NCBI GenBank assembly: GCA_028868695.1
Contig: JAGWTZ010000012.1
Location: forward strand, 1,046 to 65,045
Length of the DNA: 64,000 nt
Source of the DNA: Alphaproteobacteria bacterium
Lineage (GTDB): Bacteria; Pseudomonadota; Alphaproteobacteria; Rhizobiales; Aestuariivirgaceae
Reading direction: 5' to 3'
Under the pieces are notes generated by a model, which had not been told where the DNA came from, did not search any database, and saw only the letters and a program-made list of their open reading frames with translations. Below are positions 50,398 to 61,941 of the stretch, in pieces. The first letter of the stretch is position 1; each line of letters begins with the position of its first letter. Made by a program: the position numbers and the translations under genes.

Positions 50398-51005
50398 TGG
50401 CGCTGCTTGATCTGCCCAATGGCTATTATGAGCTGCCGCGGGGCAAGCTTGTCAATGTGGTCACCTGCCTTGAGATGCTGGCCAGCCCCGGCGTGGCGCG
50501 GCCCGCCTGGCCGCAAGGCTTCCGCCTGAAACGCTTTGGGCCTTCCGACATTGCCGCTTTCCGCGCCCTGTTCCGGGCGATCGGGGAAGACCTGATGTGG
50601 TTTTCGCGGCTGATCATGGCCGAGGACAGACTGGCGGGAATTCTGGGCAATCCGGCGATCGAGAGCTTCGGCCTTTATCAGGGCGATGAGGCCGTGGGGC
50701 TGCTGGAGCTGAATTTCGAGGAGGCCGGGCAATGCGAACTTGCCTTCTTCGGCCTTGCCAAGGCGCTGGTGGGGCAGGGCCTTGGGCGCCTGTTGATGCA
50801 GGAAGGGCTGGCGCGGGCCTGGGAGAGGCCGATCACCAGGCTTTGGGTGCACACCTGCCACTATGACCACCCGCGCGCGCTGGGTTTCTACAAGGCCAGC
50901 GGCTTTGTGCCCTATGCGGTGATGATCGAAGCCCATGATGACCCGAGGCTTTCGGGGCATCTGCCACTTGCGGCCGCGCCGCATGTGCCGCTGATCAAGC
51001 CCTAG
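50397..51005 (+). CDS. GNAT family N-acetyltransferase
   Basis: VGQGLGRLLM, LWVHTCHYDHPRALGFY motifs. Confidence 0.88.
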   Translation: MALLDLPNGYYELPRGKLVNVVTCLEMLASPGVARPAWPQGFRLKRFGPSDIAAFRALFRAIGEDLMWFSRLIMAEDRLAGILGNPAIESFGLYQGDEAVGLLELNFEEAGQCELAFFGLAKALVGQGLGRLLMQEGLARAWERPITRLWVHTCHYDHPRALGFYKASGFVPYAVMIEAHDDPRLSGHLPLAAAPHVPLIKP

Positions 51006-51067
51006 GCCTTGGGCGGTTGTTAAGGTTTGCGCGATTACACTGCACTTTCAAAGAAATGTGAGACGCA

Positions 51068-52291
51068 ATGATCCAGCTGCTGCAGCATGTCGGCCCTGAA
51101 GTTCCCTTGACGCTGGTGTTGCTGGCGCTGCTGGGCCTGCGCGCGCGGGTGAATTGCAAAGTGGGCCTGTGGGTGAAGGCAAAGCCCGAAACGCTGTGGT
51201 CCATTCTCAACCCCTTTGACGGCAAGGTGGACAATTGGGGGCGCACCACCATGGTGGCGCGGCTGATCTCGGCCGAGGAACAGCTTTATGAAATGACCTA
51301 CACCACGGCCATGGCCAATGGCACGCTGCGGCCCTTCACGGCGCAGTTCCGGGTGAGTGAGAGGCAGGAGGGGCGCAAGCTGGTGATGCAGCGCGCCGGG
51401 CTTGAAGGCAAATCCGAAAACAATGAGCTTCTGGAAATCCACCATGAACTGGTGCCGGGGCCGCAAGGCACCAAGCTGGCCACACGCTATCTCTGGGGCT
51501 CGCGGCCGCTTCTCGCGCAGCTTCTGGCGCGCGCCGATCTGTGGGGCGGGGTTTACCGCATCAAGGGCCTGGCTGAAACCGGCACGCCCGACAACCGGCC
51601 CTATGTGCTGATCAGCGCTGGGGTTGCCGCACTCACCGGGCTGATTTCAGTGGCGGCCTTTGGCTTCAGCCTTGGCTTTCACATTGCGCTGGTGATGGTG
51701 CTGGCGCTTCTGGTGCATGAATTCGGGCATCTGCTGGCTTTCCGGCTGGTGGGCCAGCCTTGGGGGCGTTTGGTGTTCCTGCCTTTCCTCGGGGCCATTG
51801 CCGTGCCCCGGATGCCCTTCCACAGCCAGGGGGAAAGTGTCTTTGCGGCCCTGATGGGGCCGGGCTTTTCCTGCCTTCTGGCTTTTGCCTGCCTCATTCC
51901 CTCCTTCCTGGGGTGGAACCATGCCCTGATGTATTCAGTGATCGGCGCGGTGACGGCGGGGCTCAACGTATTCAACATGCTGCCGGCAGAGCCGCTGGAT
52001 GGCGGCATTGCCTTGCGCTCGGTGCTGAACCGGCTGATCGGGCGCTATGCGGCGCTTGGGCTGATGAGCCTTGGCGTGGTGATTGCCGCGCTTGGCTATC
52101 TGCTGGGGCAATTCGTTCTGGTGCTGTTTGGCGGGCTGGCCATTCTGGCCAATCTCAAACCCCGCAAGATTGACACCGGGCTGGTGCCACTGAGTTCACT
52201 GCAAGTGAGCATTGCCCTGTTCAGCTATATCGCGATTTCGGCGGCACATTACACGCTGTTCTACCGCTTTCTGGATCAGATGGGGCTTTGA
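51068..52291 (+). CDS. Site-2 protease (M50) with N-terminal SRPBCC/START-like domain
   Basis: HEFGH, LMGP and NMLPAEPLDGG motifs; soluble N-terminal region of about 150 aa. Confidence 0.8.
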   Translation: MIQLLQHVGPEVPLTLVLLALLGLRARVNCKVGLWVKAKPETLWSILNPFDGKVDNWGRTTMVARLISAEEQLYEMTYTTAMANGTLRPFTAQFRVSERQEGRKLVMQRAGLEGKSENNELLEIHHELVPGPQGTKLATRYLWGSRPLLAQLLARADLWGGVYRIKGLAETGTPDNRPYVLISAGVAALTGLISVAAFGFSLGFHIALVMVLALLVHEFGHLLAFRLVGQPWGRLVFLPFLGAIAVPRMPFHSQGESVFAALMGPGFSCLLAFACLIPSFLGWNHALMYSVIGAVTAGLNVFNMLPAEPLDGGIALRSVLNRLIGRYAALGLMSLGVVIAALGYLLGQFVLVLFGGLAILANLKPRKIDTGLVPLSSLQVSIALFSYIAISAAHYTLFYRFLDQMGL

Positions 52292-52296
52292 CAGCC

Positions 52297-53325
52297 ATGC
52301 CGCGGCTGGATGAGGCGCAGCTGGCCGTTGGCCGGGCCTTCGACGCCTTGGCCGCGCGGCTGAACCAATTGCCCAAGCCTGGCCTGCTTGGCCGGCTCTT
52401 TTCACGCGGCGCGGCCTTGCCCAAGGGGCTTTATGTGTGGGGCCATGTGGGCCGCGGCAAAACCATGCTGATGGACAGCTTCTTTGCCAGCGTGCAGGGC
52501 CTGCCCAAGCGGCGGGTGCATTTCAACGGCTTCATGCAAGAGGTTCACGCGGCGCGCGCGCGGCTCAAATCCGACGATGTGATCGGCGACATCGCGGATG
52601 GCATCGCCAGGGACACCAAACTGCTCTGCCTTGATGAAATGCAGGTGACGGACATTGCCGATGCGATGATCCTTGGGCGGCTGTTTGAGGCGCTGCTGGC
52701 GCGCGGCGTGGTGCTGGTCACCACCTCCAACCAGCCGCCGGACGGACTTTACAAGGACGGGCTGAACCGCCAGCTGTTCCTGCCCTTCATCGCGCGGCTG
52801 AAAGAGGCGCTGGAGGTGGTTCACCTGGGCGAGGGGCCGGATTACCGGCTGGGGCGCATTGCGGCGCGCCACACTTATGTGACACCGCTGGGGCCGGCGG
52901 CAGATGCAGCATTGGACGCGCTGTGGAGCGACCTGACCGATGGCGTGGGCGGCGAGGCCATGGAAATCACCATTCTGGGCCGCAGCCTGCATGTGCCCCG
53001 GGCCGCCCATGGCTGTGCGCGCTTCAGCTTTTCCGATCTGTGCGAGAAGCCCTTGGCGGCGCCGGACTATCTGGCCCTTGCCCAAAATTTCAGCACGGTT
53101 TTCATCGATCACCTCCCGGTCCTGAAAGCCTCCGAGCGCAACGAGGCCAAGCGGCTGATCCTGCTGATTGATACGCTTTATGATGCGGGCACCAGGCTGG
53201 TGGTTTCCGCCGCGGCGGCGCCTGAGGCCCTGTGCCCGGCCGGGCCGCACCGGCTTGAATTCCTGCGCACCGCCTCGCGGCTGCGGGAAATGCAATCCCA
53301 AAGCTGGTGGCAAAAAGCGGCATGA
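52297..53325 (+). CDS. zapE: Cell division ATPase ZapE (AFG1 family)
   Basis: GHVGRGKTMLMD, RVHF, LDEMQVTDIADAMIL and TSN motifs. Confidence 0.93.
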   Translation: MPRLDEAQLAVGRAFDALAARLNQLPKPGLLGRLFSRGAALPKGLYVWGHVGRGKTMLMDSFFASVQGLPKRRVHFNGFMQEVHAARARLKSDDVIGDIADGIARDTKLLCLDEMQVTDIADAMILGRLFEALLARGVVLVTTSNQPPDGLYKDGLNRQLFLPFIARLKEALEVVHLGEGPDYRLGRIAARHTYVTPLGPAADAALDALWSDLTDGVGGEAMEITILGRSLHVPRAAHGCARFSFSDLCEKPLAAPDYLALAQNFSTVFIDHLPVLKASERNEAKRLILLIDTLYDAGTRLVVSAAAAPEALCPAGPHRLEFLRTASRLREMQSQSWWQKAA

Positions 53326-53346
53326 CGTGCGTCCATCACGAAATGA

Positions 53347-54375
<1,029 letters not shown>

Positions 54376-54383
54376 CGAACTAG

Positions 54384-54497
54384 CCCCTCTCCCCTTCAGG
54401 GGAGAGGGTGCCCCGCAGGGGTGGGAGAGGGGAAGTCTCCTCGCCACGGCCCCTCATCCGGCCTTCGGCCACCTTCTCCCCTGATGGGGAGAAGGGC
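54384..54497. repeat. CCCTCTCCC/GGGAGAGGG-type composite palindromic element between mdh and sucC
   Basis: CCCCTCTCCCCTTCAGGGGAGAGGG... and CCCCTCATCCGGCCTTCGGCCACCTTCTCCCC..GGGGAGAAGGG. Confidence 0.8.
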
Positions 54498-54519
54498 GAG
54501 TTTTGGAGATGGAGTCAAA

Positions 54520-55689
54520 ATGAACATCCACGAATATCAAGCCAAGGAAATCCTGCGCTCTTATGGCGTGGCCACGGGCAAGGGCTCACCTGCCTTCACG
54601 GTGGATGAAGCCGTGAAAGTGGCTGAAGGCCAGCCGGGCCCGGTGTGGGTGGTGAAGGCGCAGATCCATGCTGGTGGCCGCGGCAAGGGCGGCGGCGTGA
54701 AGGTTGTCAAATCCATCGCCGATGTGAAGGCCGAAGCCACGCGCATGCTGGGCATGACATTGGTGACGCACCAGACCGGCCCGGCGGGCAAGCAGGTGCA
54801 GCGGCTTTACATCGAGGAAGGCACGGCCATTGCCCGCGAGCTTTATCTTTCGATGCTGGTGGACCGGGCCACATCCAACATCGCCTTCATCGTTTCCACC
54901 GAAGGCGGCATGGATATTGAGGAAGTGGCGCACAAGACGCCGGAAAAGATCGTCACCGTGCATGTTGACCCGGCGGCGGGCTATTCCGCCTATGTGGGCC
55001 GGCGCATCGCGGCCGCGCTGAAGCTGGAGGGCGATCTCGCCAAGCAGCTGAACAAGATGGTGGCGGGGCTGTACAAGGCCTTTGTCGAGAAGGACATGAG
55101 CCTTCTTGAAATCAACCCGCTGGTGGTGACCAAGGACAACAACCTGGTGTGCCTTGACGCCAAGGTGAATTTTGATTCCAACGCGCTGTTCCGCCACCCG
55201 GAAATCGTGGCGCTGCGTGATCTCTCCGAAGAAGACCCGAAGGAAATCGAAGCCTCGAAGTTTGATCTTTCCTATGTGGCGCTTGATGGTTCGATCGGCT
55301 GCATGGTGAATGGCGCAGGGCTTGCCATGGCGACGATGGACATCATCAAGCTTTATGGCGCGGAGCCTGCCAACTTCCTCGACGTGGGTGGCGGCGCCAC
55401 CAAGGAAAAAGTGACGGCGGCCTTCAAGATCATCACGGCCGACCCCAAGGTGAAGGGCATTCTCGTCAACATTTTCGGCGGCATCATGAAGTGTGACATC
55501 ATCGCAGAAGGTGTGATCGCCGCGGTGAAGGATGTGGGGCTGAAGGTGCCGCTGGTGGTGCGCCTTGAGGGCACCAATGTCGACCTCGGCAAGAAGATCA
55601 TCCGCGAGAGCGGCCTCAATGTGCTGCCAGCCGATGACCTCAACGACGCCGCCAAGAAGATTGTGAAAGCTGTGAAGGACGCGGCGTGA
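54520..55689 (+). CDS. sucC: Succinyl-CoA synthetase beta subunit
   Basis: [20 protein letters not shown] and [12 protein letters not shown] motifs. Confidence 0.98.
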   Translation: MNIHEYQAKEILRSYGVATGKGSPAFTVDEAVKVAEGQPGPVWVVKAQIHAGGRGKGGGVKVVKSIADVKAEATRMLGMTLVTHQTGPAGKQVQRLYIEEGTAIARELYLSMLVDRATSNIAFIVSTEGGMDIEEVAHKTPEKIVTVHVDPAAGYSAYVGRRIAAALKLEGDLAKQLNKMVAGLYKAFVEKDMSLLEINPLVVTKDNNLVCLDAKVNFDSNALFRHPEIVALRDLSEEDPKEIEASKFDLSYVALDGSIGCMVNGAGLAMATMDIIKLYGAEPANFLDVGGGATKEKVTAAFKIITADPKVKGILVNIFGGIMKCDIIAEGVIAAVKDVGLKVPLVVRLEGTNVDLGKKIIRESGLNVLPADDLNDAAKKIVKAVKDAA

Positions 55690-56099
55690 AACCGGCTTTG
55701 ATGACGCGAGCTTGCATGCTGGCGATTGGCCTCATGGGCTTGTCTGGCGCTGCACTTGCGGAAGATCTTTATGGCTATGATCTGCCGAAGCGTCGGCCCG
55801 ATATCATGAAGGCCTATCAGGCGATCATGCCGCCAGAAATGCGCAAGATTGGCTGGCTGTATAAGTTTGACGGCACGTCTGATCCCGTGGTGCACAAGCT
55901 GGTGGGCCGCGAGGACTTTCTGTCGATCTGGGTGTGCAAGCCGCATGATTGCGACAATGCGGTTGCCGTTCTTGCCAGGCCTGACGCCAGCCGCGTGGTG
56001 GCGGAAGTGAAAATGCCAAACGAAAATGAAGGGCAAGGCCAATATTTCGGCAATCCAAATGATGCAGAAACTGAGGCGCTTGATGCGCGCCTGCAATAA
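55686..56099 (+). CDS. Ivy-family (inhibitor of vertebrate lysozyme)-like secreted protein
   Basis: Signal peptide ending ALA-E; CKPHDC signature loop. Confidence 0.75.
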   Translation: MKPALMTRACMLAIGLMGLSGAALAEDLYGYDLPKRRPDIMKAYQAIMPPEMRKIGWLYKFDGTSDPVVHKLVGREDFLSIWVCKPHDCDNAVAVLARPDASRVVAEVKMPNENEGQGQYFGNPNDAETEALDARLQ

Positions 56100-56119
56100 A
56101 TAAAGGGAGAGAAGACCCC

Positions 56120-57001
56120 ATGTCCATTCTCGTCAACAAGAAAACCAAAGTGATCTGCCAGGGCTTCACGGGTGAAGCAGGCACGTTTCATTCTCAGTCT
56201 GCCATTGCTTACGGCACGCAGATGGTGGGCGGGGTGACGCCGGGCAAGGGTGGCACGAAACATCTGGGCCTGCCGGTGTTCGACACTGTGCATGACGCGC
56301 GCGAGAAGACGGGGGCGGATGCCTCGGTGATTTATGTGCCGCCGCCATTTGCGGCTGATGCGATCCTCGAAGCCATCGACGCCGAGATTCCGCTGATCGT
56401 GGCGATCACCGAAGGCATTCCGGTGGCCGACATGATCAAGGTGAAGCGGGCACTTTCCGGCTCCAAGTCCCGCCTCATTGGGCCGAATTGCCCGGGCGTG
56501 CTGACGCCCGGCGAATGCAAGATCGGCATCATGCCAGGCAACATTTTCAAGAAAGGCTCGGTGGGCATTGTCTCGCGCTCGGGCACGCTGACCTATGAAG
56601 CCGTGTTCCAGACCACCAATGCGGGCCTTGGCCAGACCACCGCCGTGGGCATTGGCGGCGATCCTGTCAAAGGCACGGAATTCATCGACGTGCTCGAGAT
56701 GTTCCTCGCCGACCCCAAGACCAAGTCGATCATCATGATCGGCGAGATTGGCGGTTCTGCCGAAGAAGAAGCGGCGGAATTCCTGCGCAAGAACAAGGTG
56801 AAGAAGCCCATGGCGGGCTTCATTGCCGGCCGCACCGCTCCGCCCGGCCGGCGCATGGGCCATGCCGGCGCCATCATTTCGGGCGGCAAGGGCGACGCCG
56901 GCTCCAAGGTAGATGCCATGAAGCGGGCGGGGATTGCGGTTTCAGATTCACCCGCCATGCTGGGCGAAACACTGGTGAAGAAGTTGAAAAAGCAAAAGTG
57001 A
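56120..57001 (+). CDS. sucD: Succinyl-CoA synthetase alpha subunit
   Basis: [25 protein letters not shown] and MGHAGAII motifs. Confidence 0.98.
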   Translation: MSILVNKKTKVICQGFTGEAGTFHSQSAIAYGTQMVGGVTPGKGGTKHLGLPVFDTVHDAREKTGADASVIYVPPPFAADAILEAIDAEIPLIVAITEGIPVADMIKVKRALSGSKSRLIGPNCPGVLTPGECKIGIMPGNIFKKGSVGIVSRSGTLTYEAVFQTTNAGLGQTTAVGIGGDPVKGTEFIDVLEMFLADPKTKSIIMIGEIGGSAEEEAAEFLRKNKVKKPMAGFIAGRTAPPGRRMGHAGAIISGGKGDAGSKVDAMKRAGIAVSDSPAMLGETLVKKLKKQK

Positions 57002-57150
57002 ATGGATTGTTAAGCCATTTGCTCCTATATACACAGGGTCAGCGGGTTTTCCGCCCAATGACTGACATACATTTGGTTTACACGGGCATTTGAGCCCGAC
57101 CGGCGAGCAGGCGATTGTGCCTGAAGCCGGAGCTGAACGATGGTGGTGAA

Positions 57151-60129
57151 ATGAACAAGACCGACGTGACGGCGGCGTTTGAGCAGTCGTCTTTTCTCTA
57201 TGGCGGGAACGCCAAATTCGTCGAAGAGCTTTACAACACATTCAAGCAGAACCCGGCCGCCGTGGATGTCCATTGGCGGCAATTTTTTTCAGAGCTTGAG
57301 AACGGCGCGCGCCCGCAAGGCCCCTCCTGGGCCAAGGCCAACTGGCCGCTGCCCGCCGATGATGAACTGACCGCCGCGCTGGATGGCGATTGGGCCGCCT
57401 ATGAAAAGGCGCATGCGCCGCCGCCGGCCAAGGGCGCAAAACCTGCGGCGCCTACTCCTGCCGCGCCTGTTCCCTCTGCCGCAGCAGCACCCGGCGCTTC
57501 CGCCGATGAAGTGCGCAAGGCCACGCTGGATTCGGTGCGCGCGCTGATGATGATCCGCGCCTACCGCATGCGCGGCCATCTTGCTGCGGATCTTGACCCG
57601 CTCAAGCTCAAGGAGCCGGTGGGCCACCCGGAGCTGGACCCCGCTTCCTATGGCTTCGCCGAGGCCGACCTTGACCGGCCCATCTTCCTCGACAATGTGC
57701 TGGGCCTGGAGAAGGCCACCATCCGCCACATCGTGGACATCCTGCGCAAGACCTATTGCGGCACGGTGGGCATTGAGTTCATGCACATCTCCGACCCGGA
57801 GCAAAAATCCTGGCTGCAGCAGCGCATTGAAGGCGAGCACAAGGAAATCAGCTTCACGGCCAATGGCAAGAAGGCGATCCTCAACAAGCTTCTCGAGGCG
57901 GAAGGCTTTGAGCAATTCTGCAATGTGAAATTCACCGGCACCAAGCGCTTCGGTCTTGATGGCGGCGAGGCGATGATTCCGGCCCTGGAGCAGATCATCA
58001 AGCGCGGCGGCCAGCTTGGCCTCAAGGAAATCGTGCTGGGCATGGCGCATCGCGGCCGCCTTAATGTGCTGGCCAATGTGATGGCCAAGCCGTTCTCGGC
58101 GATCTTCCATGAATTCCAGGGCGGCTCCTCCACGCCGGATGAAGTGGAAGGCTCGGGCGATGTGAAATATCATCTCGGCTCTTCCTCCGACCGGGTGTTT
58201 GACGGCAACTCGGTGCATCTCTCGCTCACCGCCAACCCCTCGCATCTTGAAATCGTCGACCCCGTGGTGCTGGGCAAGGCCCGCGCCAAGCAGGACCAGC
58301 GCGGCGACAAGGAGCGCATCACCATTCTGCCGCTGCTGATCCATGGCGATGCTGCCTTTGCAGGCCAGGGTGTCATTGCCGAATGCTTCGGCCTTTCAGG
58401 GCTCAAAGGCCACCGTTCCGGCGGCTCGATCCACTTCATCGTCAACAACCAGATCGGCTTCACCACCTCGCCCATCTGGTCGCGCTCCTCGCCCTATCCC
58501 TCTGACATTGCCAAGATGATCGAGGCGCCGATCTTCCATGTGAATGGTGATGACCCCGAGGCCGTGGTGTTCGCCGCCAAGGTGGCGATGGAGTTCCGCC
58601 AGCAGTTCAAGAAGCCTGTCGTCATCGACATGTTCTGCTACCGCCGTTTTGGCCACAATGAAACCGATGAGCCGAGCTTCACCCAGCCGCTGATGTACAA
58701 GCGCATCGGATCGCATGAGACGGCCGTCAACATCTACAGCCGCCGCCTGATTGCCGAAGGCACGATGACAGAGGCCGAATTCGACGAGATGAAGGCCGAT
58801 TACCGCAAGCGGCTGGATGAGGCGATGGGCGTTGCCTCCGGCTACAAGGCCAACAAGGCCGACTGGCTGGACGGGCGCTGGGCCGGCATGAAGACGGCTT
58901 CGGCGCAGGATGACGCGCGGCGCGGACAGACCGGCGTTGAGGTGGAGGAGCTCAAGGCCATTGGCCTGAAGCTGGCCAAGGTGCCCAAGACTTTCACACC
59001 GCACAAGACGCTGCAACGCGTGCTCGACGCGCGGCGCAAGATGATCGAGGAAGGCAGTGGCATTGACTGGGCCATGGGCGAGGCGCTGGCCTTCGGCACG
59101 CTGCTGAAGGAAGGCTTCAAGATCCGCCTTTCGGGGCAGGACGTGCAGCGCGGCACCTTCTCGCAGCGCCACGCCGTGCTGATCGACCAGCAGACGGAGA
59201 AGCGCTATACGCCGCTCAACCACCTTGTCAAAGAGCAGCAGACCAAGATCGAAGTGATCAACTCCATGCTCTCGGAAGAGGCGGTGCTGGGCTTTGAATA
59301 TGGCTATTCGCTGGCCGAGCCCAATGCGCTGGTTTTGTGGGAGGCGCAGTTTGGCGATTTCGCCAATGGCGCGCAGGTGCTGTTCGACCAGTTCATCTCA
59401 TCGGCCGAGCGCAAGTGGCTGCGCATGTCGGGCCTCGTTTGCCTCTTGCCGCATGGCTATGAGGGGCAGGGGCCGGAGCATTCCTCGGCGCGGCTTGAGC
59501 GTTTCCTGCAGCTTTGCGCCGAAGACAACATGCAGGTGGCGAATTGCACGACGCCCGCGAACTACTTCCACATCCTGCGGCGGCAGATGAAGCGCGATTT
59601 CCGCAAGCCGCTGATCCTGATGACGCCGAAGAGCTTGTTGCGGCACAAGCGTGCGGTTTCCACGCTGGACGAGATGGGCGCGCAGAGCACGTTCCACCGC
59701 ATCCTGTGGGATGACGCCGAGTTCCTGAAGAGCGAGAAGATCAAGCTCGTCAAGGACGACAAGATCCGCCGGGTGATCCTGTGCACGGGCAAGGTTTACT
59801 ATGACCTCTATGAGGAGCGCGAGAAGCGCGGCCTCAATGACATCTACCTGATGCGCGTGGAGCAGCTCTACCCCTGGCCGCACAAGGTTCTGGCGCAGGA
59901 ACTGGCGCGCTTCTCCAAGGCCGAATTCATGTGGTGCCAGGAAGAGCCGCTGAACATGGGCGCATGGAGCTTCGCGCAGCCCAATCTTGAGCGGGTGCTG
60001 GAGTTCATCAAGGCCAAGAACACGCGGGTGCGCTATGCCGGTCGGCCGGCTTCGGCGGCCACCGCATCCGGCCTGATGAGCAAGCACCTGCAGGAACTCA
60101 AGGCCTTCCTTGAAGAAGCAATGGCGTGA
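57151..60129 (+). CDS. sucA: 2-oxoglutarate dehydrogenase E1
   Basis: KRFGLDGGE, GMAHRGRLN, HGDAAF, WEAQFGDF and LLPHGYEGQGPEHSS motifs. Confidence 0.98.
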   Translation: MNKTDVTAAFEQSSFLYGGNAKFVEELYNTFKQNPAAVDVHWRQFFSELENGARPQGPSWAKANWPLPADDELTAALDGDWAAYEKAHAPPPAKGAKPAAPTPAAPVPSAAAAPGASADEVRKATLDSVRALMMIRAYRMRGHLAADLDPLKLKEPVGHPELDPASYGFAEADLDRPIFLDNVLGLEKATIRHIVDILRKTYCGTVGIEFMHISDPEQKSWLQQRIEGEHKEISFTANGKKAILNKLLEAEGFEQFCNVKFTGTKRFGLDGGEAMIPALEQIIKRGGQLGLKEIVLGMAHRGRLNVLANVMAKPFSAIFHEFQGGSSTPDEVEGSGDVKYHLGSSSDRVFDGNSVHLSLTANPSHLEIVDPVVLGKARAKQDQRGDKERITILPLLIHGDAAFAGQGVIAECFGLSGLKGHRSGGSIHFIVNNQIGFTTSPIWSRSSPYPSDIAKMIEAPIFHVNGDDPEAVVFAAKVAMEFRQQFKKPVVIDMFCYRRFGHNETDEPSFTQPLMYKRIGSHETAVNIYSRRLIAEGTMTEAEFDEMKADYRKRLDEAMGVASGYKANKADWLDGRWAGMKTASAQDDARRGQTGVEVEELKAIGLKLAKVPKTFTPHKTLQRVLDARRKMIEEGSGIDWAMGEALAFGTLLKEGFKIRLSGQDVQRGTFSQRHAVLIDQQTEKRYTPLNHLVKEQQTKIEVINSMLSEEAVLGFEYGYSLAEPNALVLWEAQFGDFANGAQVLFDQFISSAERKWLRMSGLVCLLPHGYEGQGPEHSSARLERFLQLCAEDNMQVANCTTPANYFHILRRQMKRDFRKPLILMTPKSLLRHKRAVSTLDEMGAQSTFHRILWDDAEFLKSEKIKLVKDDKIRRVILCTGKVYYDLYEEREKRGLNDIYLMRVEQLYPWPHKVLAQELARFSKAEFMWCQEEPLNMGAWSFAQPNLERVLEFIKAKNTRVRYAGRPASAATASGLMSKHLQELKAFLEEAMA

Positions 60130-60163
60130 ATTGAGACTGATGGCGACTCTTTTTCTTCCTCCG

Positions 60164-60253
60164 CGTCATTCCCGCGAAAGCGGGAATCTGCGTTGCCTTT
60201 CTGGCCCCCACGCCTTGCCCCAAACAGAGATGCCCGCTTTCGCGGGCATGACG
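60164..60253. repeat. Inverted pair of CGTC-tagged REP palindromes between sucA and sucB
   Basis: Left arm CGTCATTCCCGCGAAAGCGGGAATCT identical to 39258-39283; right arm ATGCCCGCTTTCGCGGGCATGACG. Confidence 0.9.
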
Positions 60254-60291
60254 GATTTTAGTTTCTCCTCTCTTCAATTCAGGATCGAACA

Positions 60292-61494
60292 ATGAGCAAA
60301 GACATTCGCGTGCCCGCATTGGGCGAATCGGTGACCGAAGCCACCATCGCCAAGTGGTTCAAGAAAGAGGGCGACGCCATCAAGGCTGATGAGCCGCTGG
60401 TGGAACTGGAAACCGACAAGGTGACGGTGGAAGTGCCAGCGCCTGCCTCAGGCAAGCTGGAAAAGATTTCTGCCGCGGCGGGCAGCACGGTGGCAGTGGG
60501 CGCCTTGCTTGGCTCCATCCTTGAAGGGGCGGCGGGGGCGGCACCTTCTGCTCCGGCGGCCAAGCCTGCCGCAGCGCCCGCGCCTGCAGCAGCCAAGCCT
60601 GCGGCAGCCGAACAGGTTCTCTCGCCCGCCGTGAGGAAGGGCGTGGTTGAGAACAATCTCAACCCGGCCGACATCCAGGGCACGGGCAAGGATGGGCGGA
60701 TTCTCAAGGGTGATGTGATTGCCGCTGTTGAGGCCAAGCCTGCCGCCGCACCTGCGCCCGCCGCGGTTTCAGCGCCTGTGCCTGCGGCCCCGCAGGGCGG
60801 CGAAGAGCGCGTGAAGATGACACGCCTGCGCGCCACCATCGCCAAGCGCCTGAAGGACGCGCAGAACACCGCCGCCATGCTCACCACCTTCAATGAGGTG
60901 GACATGAGCGCGGTGATGGCGCTTCGCAACCAATACAAGGACGTGTTCGAGAAGAAGCATGGCGTGAAGCTGGGCTTCATGTCGTTCTTCGTGAAGGCCA
61001 CCATCCAGGCGCTGAGGGATGTTCCCGCGGTCAACGCCGAGATTGATGGCGAAGACATCGTCTACAAGAATTTCTACAACATCGGCGTGGCCGTGGGCAC
61101 CGACAAGGGCCTCGTCGTGCCGGTGGTGCGCAATGCCGACATGCTTTCCTTCGCGGGCATCGAAAAGACCATTGCCGGCTATGGCAAGAAGGCGCGGGAC
61201 GGGCAGTTGCAGATCGCCGAAATGCAGGGCGGCACTTTCACCATCACCAATGGCGGCATCTATGGCTCCCTGATGAGCACGCCGATTTTGAACGCGCCGC
61301 AATCGGGCATCCTCGGCATGCATGCGATCAAGGAACGCCCCATCGCCGTCAATGGCCAGGTGGTGATCCGCCCGATGATGTATCTGGCCCTTTCCTATGA
61401 CCACCGCATCGTGGACGGCAAGGAAGCGGTGACGTTCCTGGTGCGCATCAAGGAAGGGTTGGAAGACCCGCAGCGCGCGATCCTGGATTTGTGA
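60292..61494 (+). CDS. sucB: Dihydrolipoamide succinyltransferase E2
   Basis: Lipoyl [10 protein letters not shown]3-binding GTGKDGRI and catalytic DHRIVDG motifs. Confidence 0.98.
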   Translation: MSKDIRVPALGESVTEATIAKWFKKEGDAIKADEPLVELETDKVTVEVPAPASGKLEKISAAAGSTVAVGALLGSILEGAAGAAPSAPAAKPAAAPAPAAAKPAAAEQVLSPAVRKGVVENNLNPADIQGTGKDGRILKGDVIAAVEAKPAAAPAPAAVSAPVPAAPQGGEERVKMTRLRATIAKRLKDAQNTAAMLTTFNEVDMSAVMALRNQYKDVFEKKHGVKLGFMSFFVKATIQALRDVPAVNAEIDGEDIVYKNFYNIGVAVGTDKGLVVPVVRNADMLSFAGIEKTIAGYGKKARDGQLQIAEMQGGTFTITNGGIYGSLMSTPILNAPQSGILGMHAIKERPIAVNGQVVIRPMMYLALSYDHRIVDGKEAVTFLVRIKEGLEDPQRAILDL

Positions 61495-61515
61495 GCCTTT
61501 TGCGCAGAGGCGATC

Positions 61516-61926
61516 ATGTCAAAACCATATGTCGTGAATGAATCGTCCCTGCCCCTCGAGGGTTGGGACGATGTGGCGCGCGGCACAACGCTTTGGCGGA
61601 CGATGATCTCAGCCGACATTGCGCCGACTGACACATTTTCCGCGGGCATTGCCTATTTTGCACCGGGACAGACTTTGGAGCCGCATCGGCATTCCCATGC
61701 CGAAGTCTATTTCATTCTCGAAGGAGAGCTTGAAATAACGATAGAGGGCACAACGCATGTGGCCAAGCCCAACACTGCGCTCTTTATCCCCGGCAATGCA
61801 GAGCACGGCACTCTCAATGCGTCGTCCGCGCCCGCGCGCATCTTTTATTGCTTCGCGACGGATCGCTTCAGCGACGTTCAATATCAATTTTCAGCTCCAG
61901 CCAAGCCTGTGCTCGCGCGCAGCTAG
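61516..61926 (+). CDS. Cupin protein resembling DMSP lyase DddW
   Basis: PHRHSHAEVYFILEG and ALFIPGNAEHGT cupin motifs; N-terminal LPLEGWDDVARG..WRT recalls DddW. Confidence 0.7.
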   Translation: MSKPYVVNESSLPLEGWDDVARGTTLWRTMISADIAPTDTFSAGIAYFAPGQTLEPHRHSHAEVYFILEGELEITIEGTTHVAKPNTALFIPGNAEHGTLNASSAPARIFYCFATDRFSDVQYQFSAPAKPVLARS

Positions 61927-61941
61927 AGGAACGTTTTTATC

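Noticed and set aside
57002-57150. sucD-sucA intergenic region as a sucA-type riboswitch-like motif
   Set aside because: Only short, weak hairpins; known sucA motifs belong to other proteobacterial classes and I could not match them
60530-60800. Ala/Pro repeats in sucB and similar ones in sucA
   Set aside because: Ordinary flexible linkers of 2-oxoacid dehydrogenase subunits
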